DNA of 64,000 nucleotides from Phoronis australis (lineage: Eukaryota > Animalia > Phoronida). The stretch is from NCBI GenBank assembly GCA_002633005.1, contig NMRA01000323.1, forward strand, positions 124,001-188,000, written 5' to 3'. The notes under the pieces are model-generated. The model was not told the DNA's origin, did no database searches, and saw only the letters and a list, made by a program, of their open reading frames with translations. The translations under genes were made by a program, and so were the position numbers. Shown here piece after piece: positions 25,931 through 39,341 of the stretch (within the stretch, counting starts at the first letter, position 1; each line of letters begins with the position of its first letter).

Positions 25931-27592
25931 TTAGTTTGGTGATTGAATTTAACTTGTAGCCTTAGGCTCTGCCCCTTTAACAAATTATTCAACAGTTGTC
26001 CTATTCTGATATCCATTGTGAATTGTGTAAAGAGATGTCCATTGGTCTCTCAAGGGTGAGGTACTACTGAAGCATGGGATCTTCCAATAGAAATCACTGC
26101 ATTCAGATAAATCACATGTGGCCTGTATTCCCTTGCCCACAAACACCTTTCTATTCAGGTATTAAAAAGAGGGATGTTTATTCAGTACCACCACCACTGA
26201 CAGAATTTCCAGTTCCCCATTGTATTATTGGTCTATGGTAATATCGGTCCAATTTCGGACAAAAATAATCGTCAAAAGTTCCCTTTTCCATTTTTCAAGG
26301 GGTCCTGCCATTGCCGTGAATACCCGCACTTTTTCGAAACATTGTTTGAAGATAGTTTTGGTGCAAAACTTGAGCTCGGGAAACCGTTTAATTTGATGTG
26401 AAAATGATGAAATAAAAGTTTACCATATTGTGCCCAAATTGGTGAGGTTGTACCAAGGTTTTGTAAAGGTGAGGTGAACCAAGTCGGACAAAAAGAAGTT
26501 ATCATGTCTTACTCTGTTTTTCAATTTCTATTGGTCTGCATTTCAACTCTTTTAGTTATGTAGGGCTCAATGCTTATGTAACATAACACTAGCTCATCAA
26601 ATGTGACTTGGAGTTAGGTCGCCAAAATAAAAAACCTCCGCGTACAATGATGTGAAAGTCTGCCCCCCTAAAAGCTTCATACTTTGACAGCAGTCAAAAA
26701 TTATATAAAAGATGACGAAATGACTTCTTCTTTAAGTGAGGTACCATACTGCGAAAATGTGTTTTTTTTTCTTGCTTATTGGGATGGACAATTGAAAGTA
26801 TGTTGTGTGCGCCGCACCTGTCAATTTCGTTCTTAAGGGTCCACTATTCAGCATAGGCTTATCTCCCACAAAGGAGAAGCAGACGATCAGGTCATATTGT
26901 CAGCGCATGAGTCATGAACAGACTTTTCTGGTTTTTGCTGAACAAACACGATTCCAATCTGTTTCCTACATGTAATATTTTTAGCATGCACATGGATTTG
27001 TGCCTGGAGACATTGTGGTAACTCGGATTTTGTATCAGGTCGCAAATGAAATCTGAGGGCGACCTGCACGAGGCAAAATACAACCGAATCGAGCCCAGAT
27101 GTCCATCTGAATGAGAAATGACAAACTGATCTTCACGCAAATTAGAAATAAGCACAGAAATGATGAACAACTGTGGGGCAAATGCATTGTGGGTAAATAT
27201 GGCAGAAACAGAGAGGGGGCTGTTGAATTCAGTCTATGAAGTAGCAATTCATGTATAAATGTATAAATTGAAAGTAGTATCAGTGGGTTGGTCATAAAAT
27301 TACAATGTCACTGATGGTAATTGACAGCACTTTCAGTAATTTTTTTTTTGAGGAAATAAATTCACTTGGAAGAGAAGTATTGTGATTGACGTTTTAGCTT
27401 CAAGTGCTGTATTTGCTCATTCCCTAATAACCAGAGTAAAAGTTTTCATTGTGGGATTATTTCTCCCACTGAGTATTAATTAATCAGTAGGGACATCTGT
27501 GCTCCAGTATAAAGCCACACACAAGCACACACACACCCACCCACTGATGGACAGTGATCACCATAAGTGTACACATGTTGACTGATCTGTGA

Positions 27593-27848
27593 CCTGGGGT
27601 CTGTTCCAAGAAACTGACTGAAGTTCATTTTTTACATAAGTTTAAGATTTGCCTTAACTTCCAAAGTTTGAAACTTCCGCATTGGGTAAGTTATTCAAAA
27701 TTAAGACAAAATTAATGTCAAACACTTAAGTCAAACTTGAGATCTCTTATTTGAATTGGTTTTGAGACAAATTTAACTTTTACTTTAAAATTTACTAAAA
27801 TTTAAGATTTGTCTTAGCTAAGTCGGATTTGTTGGAACGGGTCCCTGG
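27593..27848. mobile_element. MITE-like foldback element
   Basis: Imperfect TIRs GGGGTCTGTTCCAAGAAA / TTTGTTGGAACGGGTCCC, with internal TTAAGATTTG(C/T)CTTA repeats. Confidence 0.5.
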
Positions 27849-29121
27849 TCTGACCATTGTTTGCTTTTGGCAATCGGTTTCATGCGTCTGGGCTTGGAAA
27901 TGTATATTGTGTACAACTCTTACTTTCCCAGACAGTTAGACCAAACTTTCATGTTTGTTTACCAAGTGTCAAAGTGTTGGCATTGTGCCATTCTAGCATG
28001 TTACATAAACTTTGGCCTGATCTTCATTCACAGCTCAAGAAACCCCCAGAGCTTGGTTGTTTCAAACATTATGGTGACGTACAGTTTCACTGTAAATGCC
28101 ATAGTAACATTGCTAAAAACTTTGCATCCAGTGAAATACTTGCCGTAACTGTAGCACTTGTGGTTACATTTGCAGTTGTTAGTTTTTTGAATGGGTGTAA
28201 TAAATTGCTTTTTCTGCTTGCACTTCAGATTCTCATTTTTCTTTGTACCACTCACCAGTCGGTTGTACCCCCCCCCCCCCNCCCTTCTCCCAGTATGTTT
28301 TTGGTTCAGGGGTTTATTTTCAAAATGCTAAAGTTTTGCTTTCAGCATTGCATATTAGACTTAGGGTATCTGCTACTGACAGGACATCTGTGAGGTTGTA
28401 GGAGCTAATAAAAGTGCACTCTAGCTGACCAGGCTGTACTATTGAAATATGTAAATGTCCGAATCCTTTTATTCCATTGCAGAAGTTGCATTTCTTGAAC
28501 TCTGTCCATTTTTCGTTGCCACAGAAAATCAGGGTCTCCAATTTTCCAGTTTCACAAAAATGCAGCCAAGTTTTCGCCCGTTTCATGCTTTTGTATGTGC
28601 ATCTAAAATGGAGCAGCAGTGACACCTGTTGCCAAAATATGAACCACACATCATCTGTGCATTTTTCTTTTGTTGGTAACTGCAGCTTTGATGACTCATT
28701 GTACAGAATATAAAGCTAGTGAAGTTGATATAATAAACTTTATAACAGAATTTGACTTGAGATGACCAAAAACAGTGCACTCATCGTTCAACCAATATCT
28801 GTAATATCTGTAATACCTGTTTGGTAAGCTTTTTGGCTGTTTTCGTAAATTTAAACATAAAANTAGCCTGGATTTTAGATTTATGGTAGCGCCCCCACAC
28901 CTATTGCATGGATTATAAACCCCTACAAATCTCAAGGCCATTACTCAATGTTTTGAAGCATGTAATCAAAATCTGAAGTGTTATACATGCTCTGAAACCA
29001 TGTCTTGATGATCAAGTTTCCTCTAATAAATAGCTGGCATTCATATCTTTTAAAAAAAAAAAAAACAGGAAAAGTGTTTTACTATAGATATTTTTCCTGT
29101 GCTTGCCACAAATTGCGGTCT

Positions 29122-30130
29122 TTCAATGCAGAAGAGATTATGTTAAGTGAAGCAGTCCATGGTTTCTAGAAACTTAAAACTCGTCACGACAAGTTGATCA
29201 TAGACTTCCTTGAACATCGCTTTGAAGTGTTAATCCGTGAGATCATTAGGAAGGAGATTGTTCCTGTTGAATCTAGAAGCTCAGGTATATTGAAGTATTG
29301 ATTTGACAACTTCCTTTCAGCTGAAGTTGTGAAGCAAGTGTCTGTCGAGAGAATAGTGGCACTGGTGGCTTCAGATCGTTGTTCTTTTCTGAAGCATTTG
29401 CAGGTGAAAACTTTGTGCGTTTGTTTGGCGAATCTCAGTGGATTCTTTTATTTTTTGTTAAGGATACAGATTGCTTTTTTATTTGAAAGGCATTACGGTA
29501 TGTTTAATGTAAGACCTTACCGATTTAGGGCTCAGTGTTATAAAATTATAAAAATATTTTTTTTCTTTTAAAAACTCTAGCTATGGTAAAATGTCACCAA
29601 TTTCAGGCAAAAACGATTGTAAAATTTTCATTTTTATATCATGGTCTTTTACCATGTTTGTTTCAAAATGTATGGAAAAGGGAAAATTTTAATCATGCAC
29701 CTCATGGTGTCTCAACTTTCTACAAATTTATTGCATTACAGTGTTCCACTGTCATGATAGACAATGTAAGTTAGAGTATTTAGTTTCATGATCCTTGTGA
29801 ATTAAATGACTATCTATATTTCAAGGGCAGTTGTAGTGTTGAGAGTTGAACTTTTATGATGATAAATTGTAAATTGTGTAAGGGGTCCAAGGTCTATATT
29901 CAATATACATTTGTGATTCTTGCTTCTTTAGTATTTGAGTGACATTTCCTGACCATTTGTAAATCTTGCCTTGATCTTTCTTGTGACTTTTTAATGAAGG
30001 TGAAGACATGCTAAAGGACATTATCGGTTTTATGAAAGACAAATGTATTTTGGGGTTCGGTGTTGAATGGGATAGATTGAAAGTTGCTTACTTAATGAGA
30101 GCTGTAAAACAAACCCATCATGTTGTATGA
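29122..30130 (+). pseudogene. Possible decayed coding remnant of unknown identity
   Basis: One ~95-codon frame (FNAEEIMLSEAVHGF*KLKTRHDKLIIDFLEHRFEVLIREIIRKEIV...LKHLQ|gt) with two stops, plus a second exon-like segment at ~30000-30130. Confidence 0.3.
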
Positions 30131-33100
30131 TTTGATTACAATTCGCTGATTCAAGAATTGTAACTTAACCAGTTAAATAAGCTTAATACTTTGCCATTTA
30201 TCAAGTGGGATTCACATCTGCCACTGACCAAAGCATTAGACTGCAATAGCAGGAGTTGCAAGTTTGATTCAGCTCTTCAGGCAAATCTGTTCAAAATCAG
30301 TTTTCTTGTGGGTAATGCTCCTTAAGTATCATTCCAGTTGAAGCCCCTAGACTTGAACTTCTGAAAGCAAATAAATGTTTTGATTTCTTTTCAGTATTCT
30401 GAAGGGTGCTTCTACTGACCATGAACAAAAGGTAAATGTTTGCTCAATAGTCTTGTTCATCCAAACTTCCTTATGTTGTTCTACATTGAATATTGTTTTC
30501 TTATTGGTTTCATTTCCCCTGTTAAATTTGATCATTACTCACTGTCACCATTGTAAGGCAGAGCTTCATCAGAGTCCCTCCTGTTGCTAGTATCCTGTTT
30601 TCTAAAAGTTACTTTTGTCGTTGTTTATAATTACTGAGCTGTATTGTTATGCTGTGTGTTGAAGTTGGCTGAATTTGGTGCAGGTGGGCACAGGTTTCAA
30701 AATGATTGGCGATACAGACCCATACAAACGTGCTGATTTCAGCCTAAACTGCCAAGTTTTGGAGGGCGTTGGCAAGCCTTCGATTTTCTGAGACGTGTCG
30801 AACCTGTGGATATTCATCGTGACAAATGAAATAAAATCCTCTCGTCTTAGGGATAGTGTGATAGCACTGTTAAATAGCAGCAGGGCGAATGATCACCTGG
30901 GCCTGACTCTAGTGACCTCTTGAGGAGGAGGCAGCTATTACCTTTTGTTTAAAACCTATCAGGTCACACCACATATGCTGTAGAAAGGTCTTTTCGAGAA
31001 ATCAAAGTGTGCGTCTAAACCACCTGTTGCGAAAAAGAAGTGGTACAGCCTGGTGTCGCTGAGAGTCATCAGTCATTGTGATCGGCCTCCTTTTCATTTT
31101 GACAGTCTGATTCCAGTACTAATCGTTAGGAGTAAGTGACCCAGTTTTTTTCATTGCTAAACAAAGAATCGCAGTTTTGATTCTGAAATGAAAAATATAT
31201 GGCGTTGCGGCTAAAATTATAGCAAGCGACACCTGATGTCCCTGTCTATGTAGTGCTGTGTAATGTTTTGAGCGCACAACAATGGTTGTGAATCTGCTCA
31301 AATTCTCTCAATATTTGGAGTAGCTAGTTTTGAGAGTGTCAGGTGTTTAATCAGTCATCCTTAGAAGCTGTGCGCTTTAAATTCAGCAGGTTGCTTGGAC
31401 CGCAAGTGCCCTGTTCACAGCGTTTTTAGTAGTAGTAATTATGGTAACAGATTAGTCATGTGAACAGTTGCAAGTCATTTTGTTGGTAATTTGCTACAAT
31501 TTCAAGTTAAATGCCCCAAAACTAATGGTGTTTTGGTGTCATTTTTGAAGTGAGACTGCTTCCTTCAGGGGACACTTGTGTACGGAACACAAGGCCTGGG
31601 TTTATTGTTTTGTTAATTAGTTCATTGTAAGGTGTGAGAGCACTTTAATGCAATGTCCTGTATTAAAGTGACACAAATATGGAAAAGTCATTTCTGCCAG
31701 CAAAATGATCTCTAAAAGCTTGCCAGTGGTGAAAACATATCTGCCAGCACTTTTGCTTAGTAGCAAAAATACCTGTCATTTGAACGGTTGCAAGTGTGAC
31801 TTTCACTGGCAGTTTCAGTTATCCCAAAAGCTGTTGGTGTTTTTGATAGCACTTTCATATCCCGACATAACTCCTTATTTCAAAGGACACACTTGGGAAG
31901 GGTGAGAGGCCATCATTAATCATCGCATTTAGCCGACAATGAACACGACAATGAACACGTTTTGACAGGAATTTTAGCTTAGAAGCAGTTCGATTCGGCT
32001 GGTGAGCAAACAAAGTGCTGGTGATAGAGACCTCTTTGTGGACCGCCCATCTGTCTGGCTCTGACGCTAGCATTTCTGCATGCATTTTATCCAGTGAAAC
32101 TGCAGTTGTTTTCGCCACTATTGTGAAAGCCTGCTGGCATTTTCACCAAAATTTGAAATTGCGTTAACGTTCAATTCTGTGATTTATGGACTCCGAAGTA
32201 CTGATTTACAACTCCATAATCTGCCCAAATCGTGTAAAAAGAAAGATCTTAAGTTGGCATGGATTTGGGTGTACTTTCCATTTTTTCTCAAATAAATTTG
32301 GTAATCACTCATTTCATTACAAACACAATTGCCAAAAGTGCCATTTTTTGTTCTTCAAAAGCTGAGTGCTTTGCTGCAAATAGTCTTCCCCAAAATCTAC
32401 ATAGTACAAACCAAGCTACTAATTGGCCCAAATTATGTTATTATTTATTTTTGATTCGAAATTTTGACTGTTAACGATTTTACATGTCTGTAATATCATA
32501 GGTGTGCTAAATTAGTCAGGAGATGAATTGCCATGTCACAATGTTTACATGGTTGTAGTTGCTGCCATAAAAGAACGTTAAATCGACGAATCATACGCTA
32601 GGTTAGTTCCCAAAAAGTTTGTCTTCAGTTTTAAAGAAAAGAAACAAAGGGGATATTATTTTTCCTTTGTCTGCTGACCTGTTGCTATGTCCGACTGACC
32701 CTGACTTGTTCTATTTCCGTCACTTGACCATGTCGTGCCCAGGGGAGTTTGTGTGAAATTGATTTTCCACGTGAAATGTGTGTTTTTCAGTTCCTTCAGA
32801 GAAACCCAAAGTGCTTGCTGCACTGACAGACAGACAAACGGACTAGTTATTCTATTATCTAGCAAATAGTAGAAAGCTTCCTGTTTTAATTGCATTTTTC
32901 ATACCAATGTTCTTAGCTTTGACCTTTGGAAATTTTGTGTTCTCATAATTAGAAAGTACCTTCTAAAAATTAAATCTTTTTGGCCTTAAAGGGATGCAGT
33001 TAGCAGAAAAACTTTTGAGATCACCACAAGACATACTCAAACTCACAACCTCAGCAGTTGCAGTCAACTTCTTCCTAGTACTGCTGAACCTCGCACAGCA

Positions 33101-36100
33101 AGGAGACTTAAGTGTCGGTTATAAGTGTTTTAACTCACGGTAAAGTCATGAAATGGCAATCAATGGCAAAGTTTAGCTATTTGTAGTGCAACCACAAAAA
33201 CAACAGATTTTTGCTGTTTTACAGCTCTGGTCAAAGTACTAGCTTCAAAAAGTCTATCCCATCCAGCAATAATGTCAAAAAGTGTTTTTGTCCCTGTGTC
33301 CTGCTATGTCAGTTTTAATCTGTTCTGAAGACATTTGTGTTGAGCCTTATGATTTGTGCTTTGATCACAGTTCAGAATTCATAATATGATTAAGGTCTGT
33401 CTGACACTTGTCTCATAAGTTAATGATATTAGATATCCTTTCTGTGGTTATACAAATACCGTAATTATTTGGGTTAACACTCAGCTGCTATGCTTTCTTC
33501 CCATCTCTCTAATTTCCATATTTTCACATTTAAACGGACATAGAACAGGAAAACTTGCAAAAGACACATTTTAGACAAATCATGGTGTAGAAGGTGTATC
33601 TACTTTTGGGGATGACAGCTTGAGAGCTGTTCCCTGAATATGCAAGAATTTCTAGAAAAAAATCTTCATATTCACTATTTTTGAAATACAGACAAAGTAA
33701 AAACTTTCTTCCCAATGTAGTTTTCAAATTCTCGGCCGCTAATAACATAATTGCGCATGTGCTCAAAGGAGTCGGACTGGGTGCAGCTTGAAGTTGTCAT
33801 TATTTTGTTTAAATCAAAGGTCAAAGGTCAAATTTCTGATATAAGTGAAATGTGCTACGTCTTGCCATAGCAAATAAGGAGGCGGGCTTTGCCGTGTACC
33901 AGAAAAATCCACAAAGTGACAAGCAATTGACAGATTTTTTGAAATTTGAAACTAAAGGGAAAATGCATGACAACTATAGAAATTCGAAATCTTTACGAGC
34001 AAACCGTAAAAGTACCTAATGAACAAGTTGACTTCTGTTTCCGTCAGTGGCAGAAAACCACTTTGAAAACTGCAATTTAGTCTGTTTTTCACTTTGTTTG
34101 CCTTATTAATTTAAACTGCCCACTGATATTTCATATGATTCGTATTTGTTTAAATGTGCCTTTGTCTTTGTGAAAGACCATCTCATCAATTTTAGCCCCC
34201 TAAAAGCAAGCATCTTGCTTGATCAACCAATCTCAGCGCATTACCTTACCTTTGATCGTGCTGAAAAATACACATTCTCTCCTGTTCTTTACTAAATAAG
34301 ATGTGGTTTTGCGCATTCTGATATTGTACTTGCATGCAAAAACATTGAAAGTTTTTGTGTAAGCAATCCATGGCCAACTCATCACATTCGCAATGTTTTT
34401 ATCGGAAAATTTAAGCTTACGTTATAAAAAGCTAGATGACACTTCTGTGCACGATCACTCCATTCACAGTAAGCCCTTAGCTACATTGTCAGTAATCCAA
34501 CGATATTTGGTTTGACTCTTGTACTCAAAAAGTCAGATGTGTAAATCCCTGGGCATTAACATGACCAACCAATTGGCTATTCGCCATCTTTATAAAAATA
34601 TTGTTTTTAAGCATCCGAGCTGGCTTAACATTCATTTCATTAATTTTTAAATTCCCAAGTTCAAACTTCTTGGGCAGTAACTGCTAAGAGAAAAGTAGTT
34701 TCATATTTTCAGGATGTACTGGTCTGGAAAGGCCTGGTTCAGATGAACTAAACCCTGTTGTAACCACAGGCAGTCCTCAGCTTCTGATGGCATCCCCAAT
34801 ACACTACATATAATACTTGTAACCTACTTTCATAGTGGGAACTGTTACGTAATCACGACAATTCACATGGACAGTCTGACCTATTGTAACCCTAGTTAGT
34901 GGTTTTAGTCCATAGTCCTCAGTGTGCTTGCCTTGTGGTTCACCCCTGGCTTAAGTGCCATTTACACTACAAAAGTTGACACAGATCAGCTGATACCAAA
35001 CCAAGGAGATGTTTTAGCTCAAGTGTGTGTAAACAGAAGCATGTTCAACAGAGTGAGCGCCCGCTAGTGTACTCGCGAACACAAGGAACAGCTCCTGAAC
35101 AGCTGTGAGCGCTCACTGTACGATCCAGTATGGTGACTCTGAAGCAGATTGTGTTGAACTTCTTAGCCGACGAGCTTAACACTAACAGTCCTTCAGGGCT
35201 AACCACAGTGACAACTTTTGCCGTCCTTTTGTGAGGTAGAGCAATTAGCGCTCGATCATCTTGCTCAGTGTCAATTATATGTCTAAACACGAAACTGGGG
35301 CAAGGCGGAAAGGATCATCTCTACTGCGCTTGTGCAATGACCTATATATGGTTCTCTGTCTCTGCAATTCCCGCCATTTGTAAACCTGCTCCAGCCTAAA
35401 ACTTCCGTCTTGCCACAGTTAATGAGTTGTGTTTGTTAACGGTCGCTTGACACGGATCAATTTGCTCTGTGTCTGTTGAACCGGGACATAAATTGTTGTC
35501 TAAACGGGACTTAAGCGCTGCTGTGCACCACTGTTTGTTTCCAATGAGATTTGACTTCAGTGACACTTACCTTGTCACTGCTGTGTTCATACCAAGTTAC
35601 AATGGTTATCCTCTTTCTTGTCTCTTTTCATCATGATTTTGATTTTATTTGTGTAAAAAATTTTATTTCATTTAAATTTTAAAACACAAAAAAATTTAAT
35701 CACACAAGCCTATCTGTGGAATGATACATCACCTGGGAAATTTTCCTCTTTTTTGATTTTTTTTTCATCGATCATTTTAAGCTCTGACATATAAATACGA
35801 GAAGTTTTGTCTCTGCGAAATAACGGAAATAATTGAGGAAATGATGAATCAAATTGAACCATTTGTTCCGTGTAATTGATTAAGCGTACTTAGTTTATCT
35901 TAATTCGATCAAGTTCTGCTAATTTTGCAAAGTGGTGAGAAATTGGCATTTCATTGTTTAACTAGTGTGCCCCTTCTCTTTGTCAGGTGCTAATGATTTC
36001 CCTGTGTTGTGCTTGGTTGAATGATTGTCTAAGTCTGTTGTTGTTGCAAAAGCAAAAAAAATAAGCATTGTGGCAGATTTTGCTCCACATTATGTTAGGG

Positions 36101-37566
36101 CTATACTGTAATCATCAAACATCTGACAGAATTGAATCATGAGCTGCAAATCACATAATAATGAGCAGTATAATGATGGAGATTATAGGGTCAAAAATAT
36201 TAGAATCTGCATGAGCTAAAAGGCCTATTTCTTGCTTATCTCCTTCAGCAAAGAGCATGTAATTTCCCTTCGGAAAATAAGGTACCTCTGGCTGTCACGT
36301 GCATTTCGGAAATTAAGTTCTACAGAGATAGGTGTTCACAAAAGCACGGCCACTTTTGAATAAGTGGGGGTGGGTGTAAGGCCGAACGAGGACATTTTAA
36401 AGTGAAAATTTGTGATTTTGAGAGTCTGAATATGGGTTTGGTGTTATCTCAGCAGCGTTTTTTCATTTGACGGCAGAGCAGTTGTACTTTTCGTAATCTT
36501 TTTGTGAATATAATTGCAAATTTTAGAACAAATTGATTAGTATCACATACACAACGTATGCAGAGCTGCTTATTTATAATTTACTATTAGTTATAATGAC
36601 ACGGATGTATTGCAGAATACAATGTAAAAACACAATGCATCCTCTTGGCCTTATAAGTCACCTGAATACCAATTAACACCCAAACGGTTACACACAATAT
36701 CGGCAATTCCTGCAGTGCCCTAATAAAAAACTTCGTAAGAGCTTCTGGGTGCTTAGACATTTTGAGGCATGTTAGCAACACATTGAAATACTCTGCGTTA
36801 CTACATCAAATAGAGTATCTGACGTAAACATTGTAGTTAAGCCAATCCGCTTACTATCTAAAATAACGCATTTTTTCAAACAATGATGATATTTACTGTT
36901 CTACGTGTGGACAGGTGCACTTCTACCTTAACTTCATTGATATGTGCGGAGGGCCATCCCTTGGTCCCCCGTCTATATACATGTCTTAACTGGGTGTTTT
37001 GGAGTGTGTTTTATTCATTCTTAGTTCCTTTTCATTTAAACGGTTGATGTTGAATATTGAAAACACGCCGTCTATTGCCTCACGGTAATTCTTCATTCAT
37101 TTAGCACGCAACATGTCCGACAAGTGACTTTCTACTCGTCAAATTTCTCCACAAAAATAAAGATTAAGAACATCGTAATCTGTTATTAGTGTGGTTTGGT
37201 CTGTGTAGATGTCATATTGTCGGTAAATTTTCCAGTGTTTGCTGTGAAGCAATCAACCTTTGAAAAACGGAAAAATTACTGGTGTTAAAATTATTTTCGT
37301 GCGAAATAAGTAGAAAATTACTATTGGTAATGAAGGAGTGAAGGTTGCCTCTCACTTATTTTTAAATTCTCCGTCGTTACGGCTGGCAGGAAGCCAAGTT
37401 CGCTGTCAGGAGTAGCCTTCCATCATGTTGAACAGTGAAGGAAATTAACAGGATAATCAATCAATTAATCCATTTTGTAATTACCGGTATAATTTTTACG
37501 CCAAAATAGTAATGATGGTGAACTCTCACCAATTTCGAGGAAAATAGTTATCAAAAATCCATTTTT

Positions 37567-39174
37567 ATGCGACATGTTTATATGTGAACGCATTATGCCG
37601 TCGTCTCCGTCCGTTGTGCATCTGTCCGGCGTCTGCTGCTCTATCTCCAAAACCCTTTGACGTACGTTCATGATGTTTTGCACGTTTCTTTCATGGATGG
37701 AACGGCATGAGCAAACTTTCAGATGGATCCGACTATTGGTGTGTTCCCTAGTGGCAATTTTTTTACGCTTACCTCTATATCTTCAAAGATCCTCAACGTA
37801 TTTTCATAAAATTTGGCATAAAGGCATCTATTAGTGAGGTGATGGTATCCTCCCGTTCTCGGATGGATTCGACATAGTTTGCTCCACAAAGTGGCCATTT
37901 TTGCTGTTTTCGAGTCCGTTTTTTGGCGTCCACCCCTCTATCAATCAAACCGCTCTAAGGATGATTGTGAAAATTGGCATGTATGTTCTTATTATGAAGA
38001 GGACGGCTGACGATGATTTTCCGACGATTTATACTACTTTAGCACCTCCTAGTGGCAGTTTTGTTTTTTTGCTCCCATGGCTATAGCTCCTAAACTGTTT
38101 GCAGGATCTTTACTAAACAAGTGCATTTATGCGATGTTGACATGGATGACGACGACTTTCGGATGGATCTGACTACCGGTGTGCCCCTTAGTGACAACTT
38201 TAGTTTTTAACTTTATCTTTATATCTTCAAAGGTCCTCAACGTATTTTCATAAAACGTGGCATATAGGCATCTATTAGTGAGATGACGCTATCCTCCTGT
38301 TTTCGGACAGATTTGATGTAGTTTGCGCCACTTAGTGGCCATTTTTACTGTTGTTTGGTCTGTTTTTGGCGTTCACCCCTCTATCAACCAAACCGCTTTA
38401 AGGATGATTGTGAAAATTGGCATGTATGTTCTTACTACGAAGCTGACAATGATTTTCTGACGACTTCGACTACTGTGGGGTTGTGGGGTCTCCTATTGTT
38501 AGTTTTGTTTTTTTGCGCCCATGGCTGTAATTCTCCTAAACCGTTTGCAGGATCTTTGCTAAATTTAGCAGGTGTATTTATATGATGTTGACAATGAATG
38601 ACAACAACTTTCAGACGGATCTGATTACCATTGTGCCCCCTAGTGGCAATTTAAGCTTTTTAGGTTTACCTCTGTATCTTGAAAGGTCTTCAACGGATTT
38701 TCATGAAATTTGGGATATAGGCATCTGTTGGTGAGATGATACTAACCTCCCGTTATCTGATGGAATTGAGGTACTTTGCACCACCTAGTGGCCATTTTTC
38801 CTGTTTTCGATCAACCAAACTATGGCGCATATGTTCTCAGTGTAAAAAGGACGGTTGGCGATAACGAATTTGACTACTGTGGCACCTTGTAGTGGTAGTT
38901 TTGTTTTGTTTTGCGCCTATAGAATGAACGTTGTGCCCCATTGTGGCAATTTCATTTTTTCCATTTTCCACTGTTTCTCTGAAGTTCCTTGACAGATTTT
39001 TATGAAATTTGGTAGATAGCTTTGTATTAAAGAAGCGATGGCATGATCCCGTTTTCAGATGGATTGGCCGTTTTTGCTCCATCTAGTGGCTATTTTTATG
39101 AAACAAACACCCCTAGGAGCACACCGTTTGCAGTGCATACGTGGGCGCATTTCAACGCTCCGCGTTGCTCTTGT
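37567..39174 (+). mobile_element. HINE (Helentron-associated/pearl-like) element with internal diverged tandem units
   Basis: 5' ATGCG..TATATGTG..CGCAT hairpin head, GTCC-rich tract and diverged ~120-bp-scale units. The 3' end has sub-TIR TGGGCGCAT and hairpin CAACGCTCCGCGTTG followed by CTCTTGTT. Same family at 51058 and 19499. Confidence 0.75.
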
Positions 39175-39341
39175 TTCATTTGTCCAGTGGCACTTAACAT
39201 TAATGTCGATGCTCACAGGTTTTTGAAAAGCTTTGTTTGGTAGCAGCTGTGGTGTATACATTGAATGCAGAAACTATTTAATTTGTTATAAGTAAGAATT
39301 AATAGTCTTCATACATGCCATTTGTAATCAGTATTTACATA

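Noticed and set aside
25576-25959. ORFs with repeated peptides
   Set aside because: They are produced by a stop-free 60-bp tandem repeat fused to a MITE fragment.
27857-28941. Cluster of Cys-rich ORFs on both strands
   Set aside because: No recognisable domain or consistent splice structure; possibly a decayed transposon, but I cannot support a call.
35279-35400. Alternative LARGE first coding exon (ARRK.. / AIPAI)
   Set aside because: The motifs are in different frames with stops and no donor; 44200-44290 fits far better.
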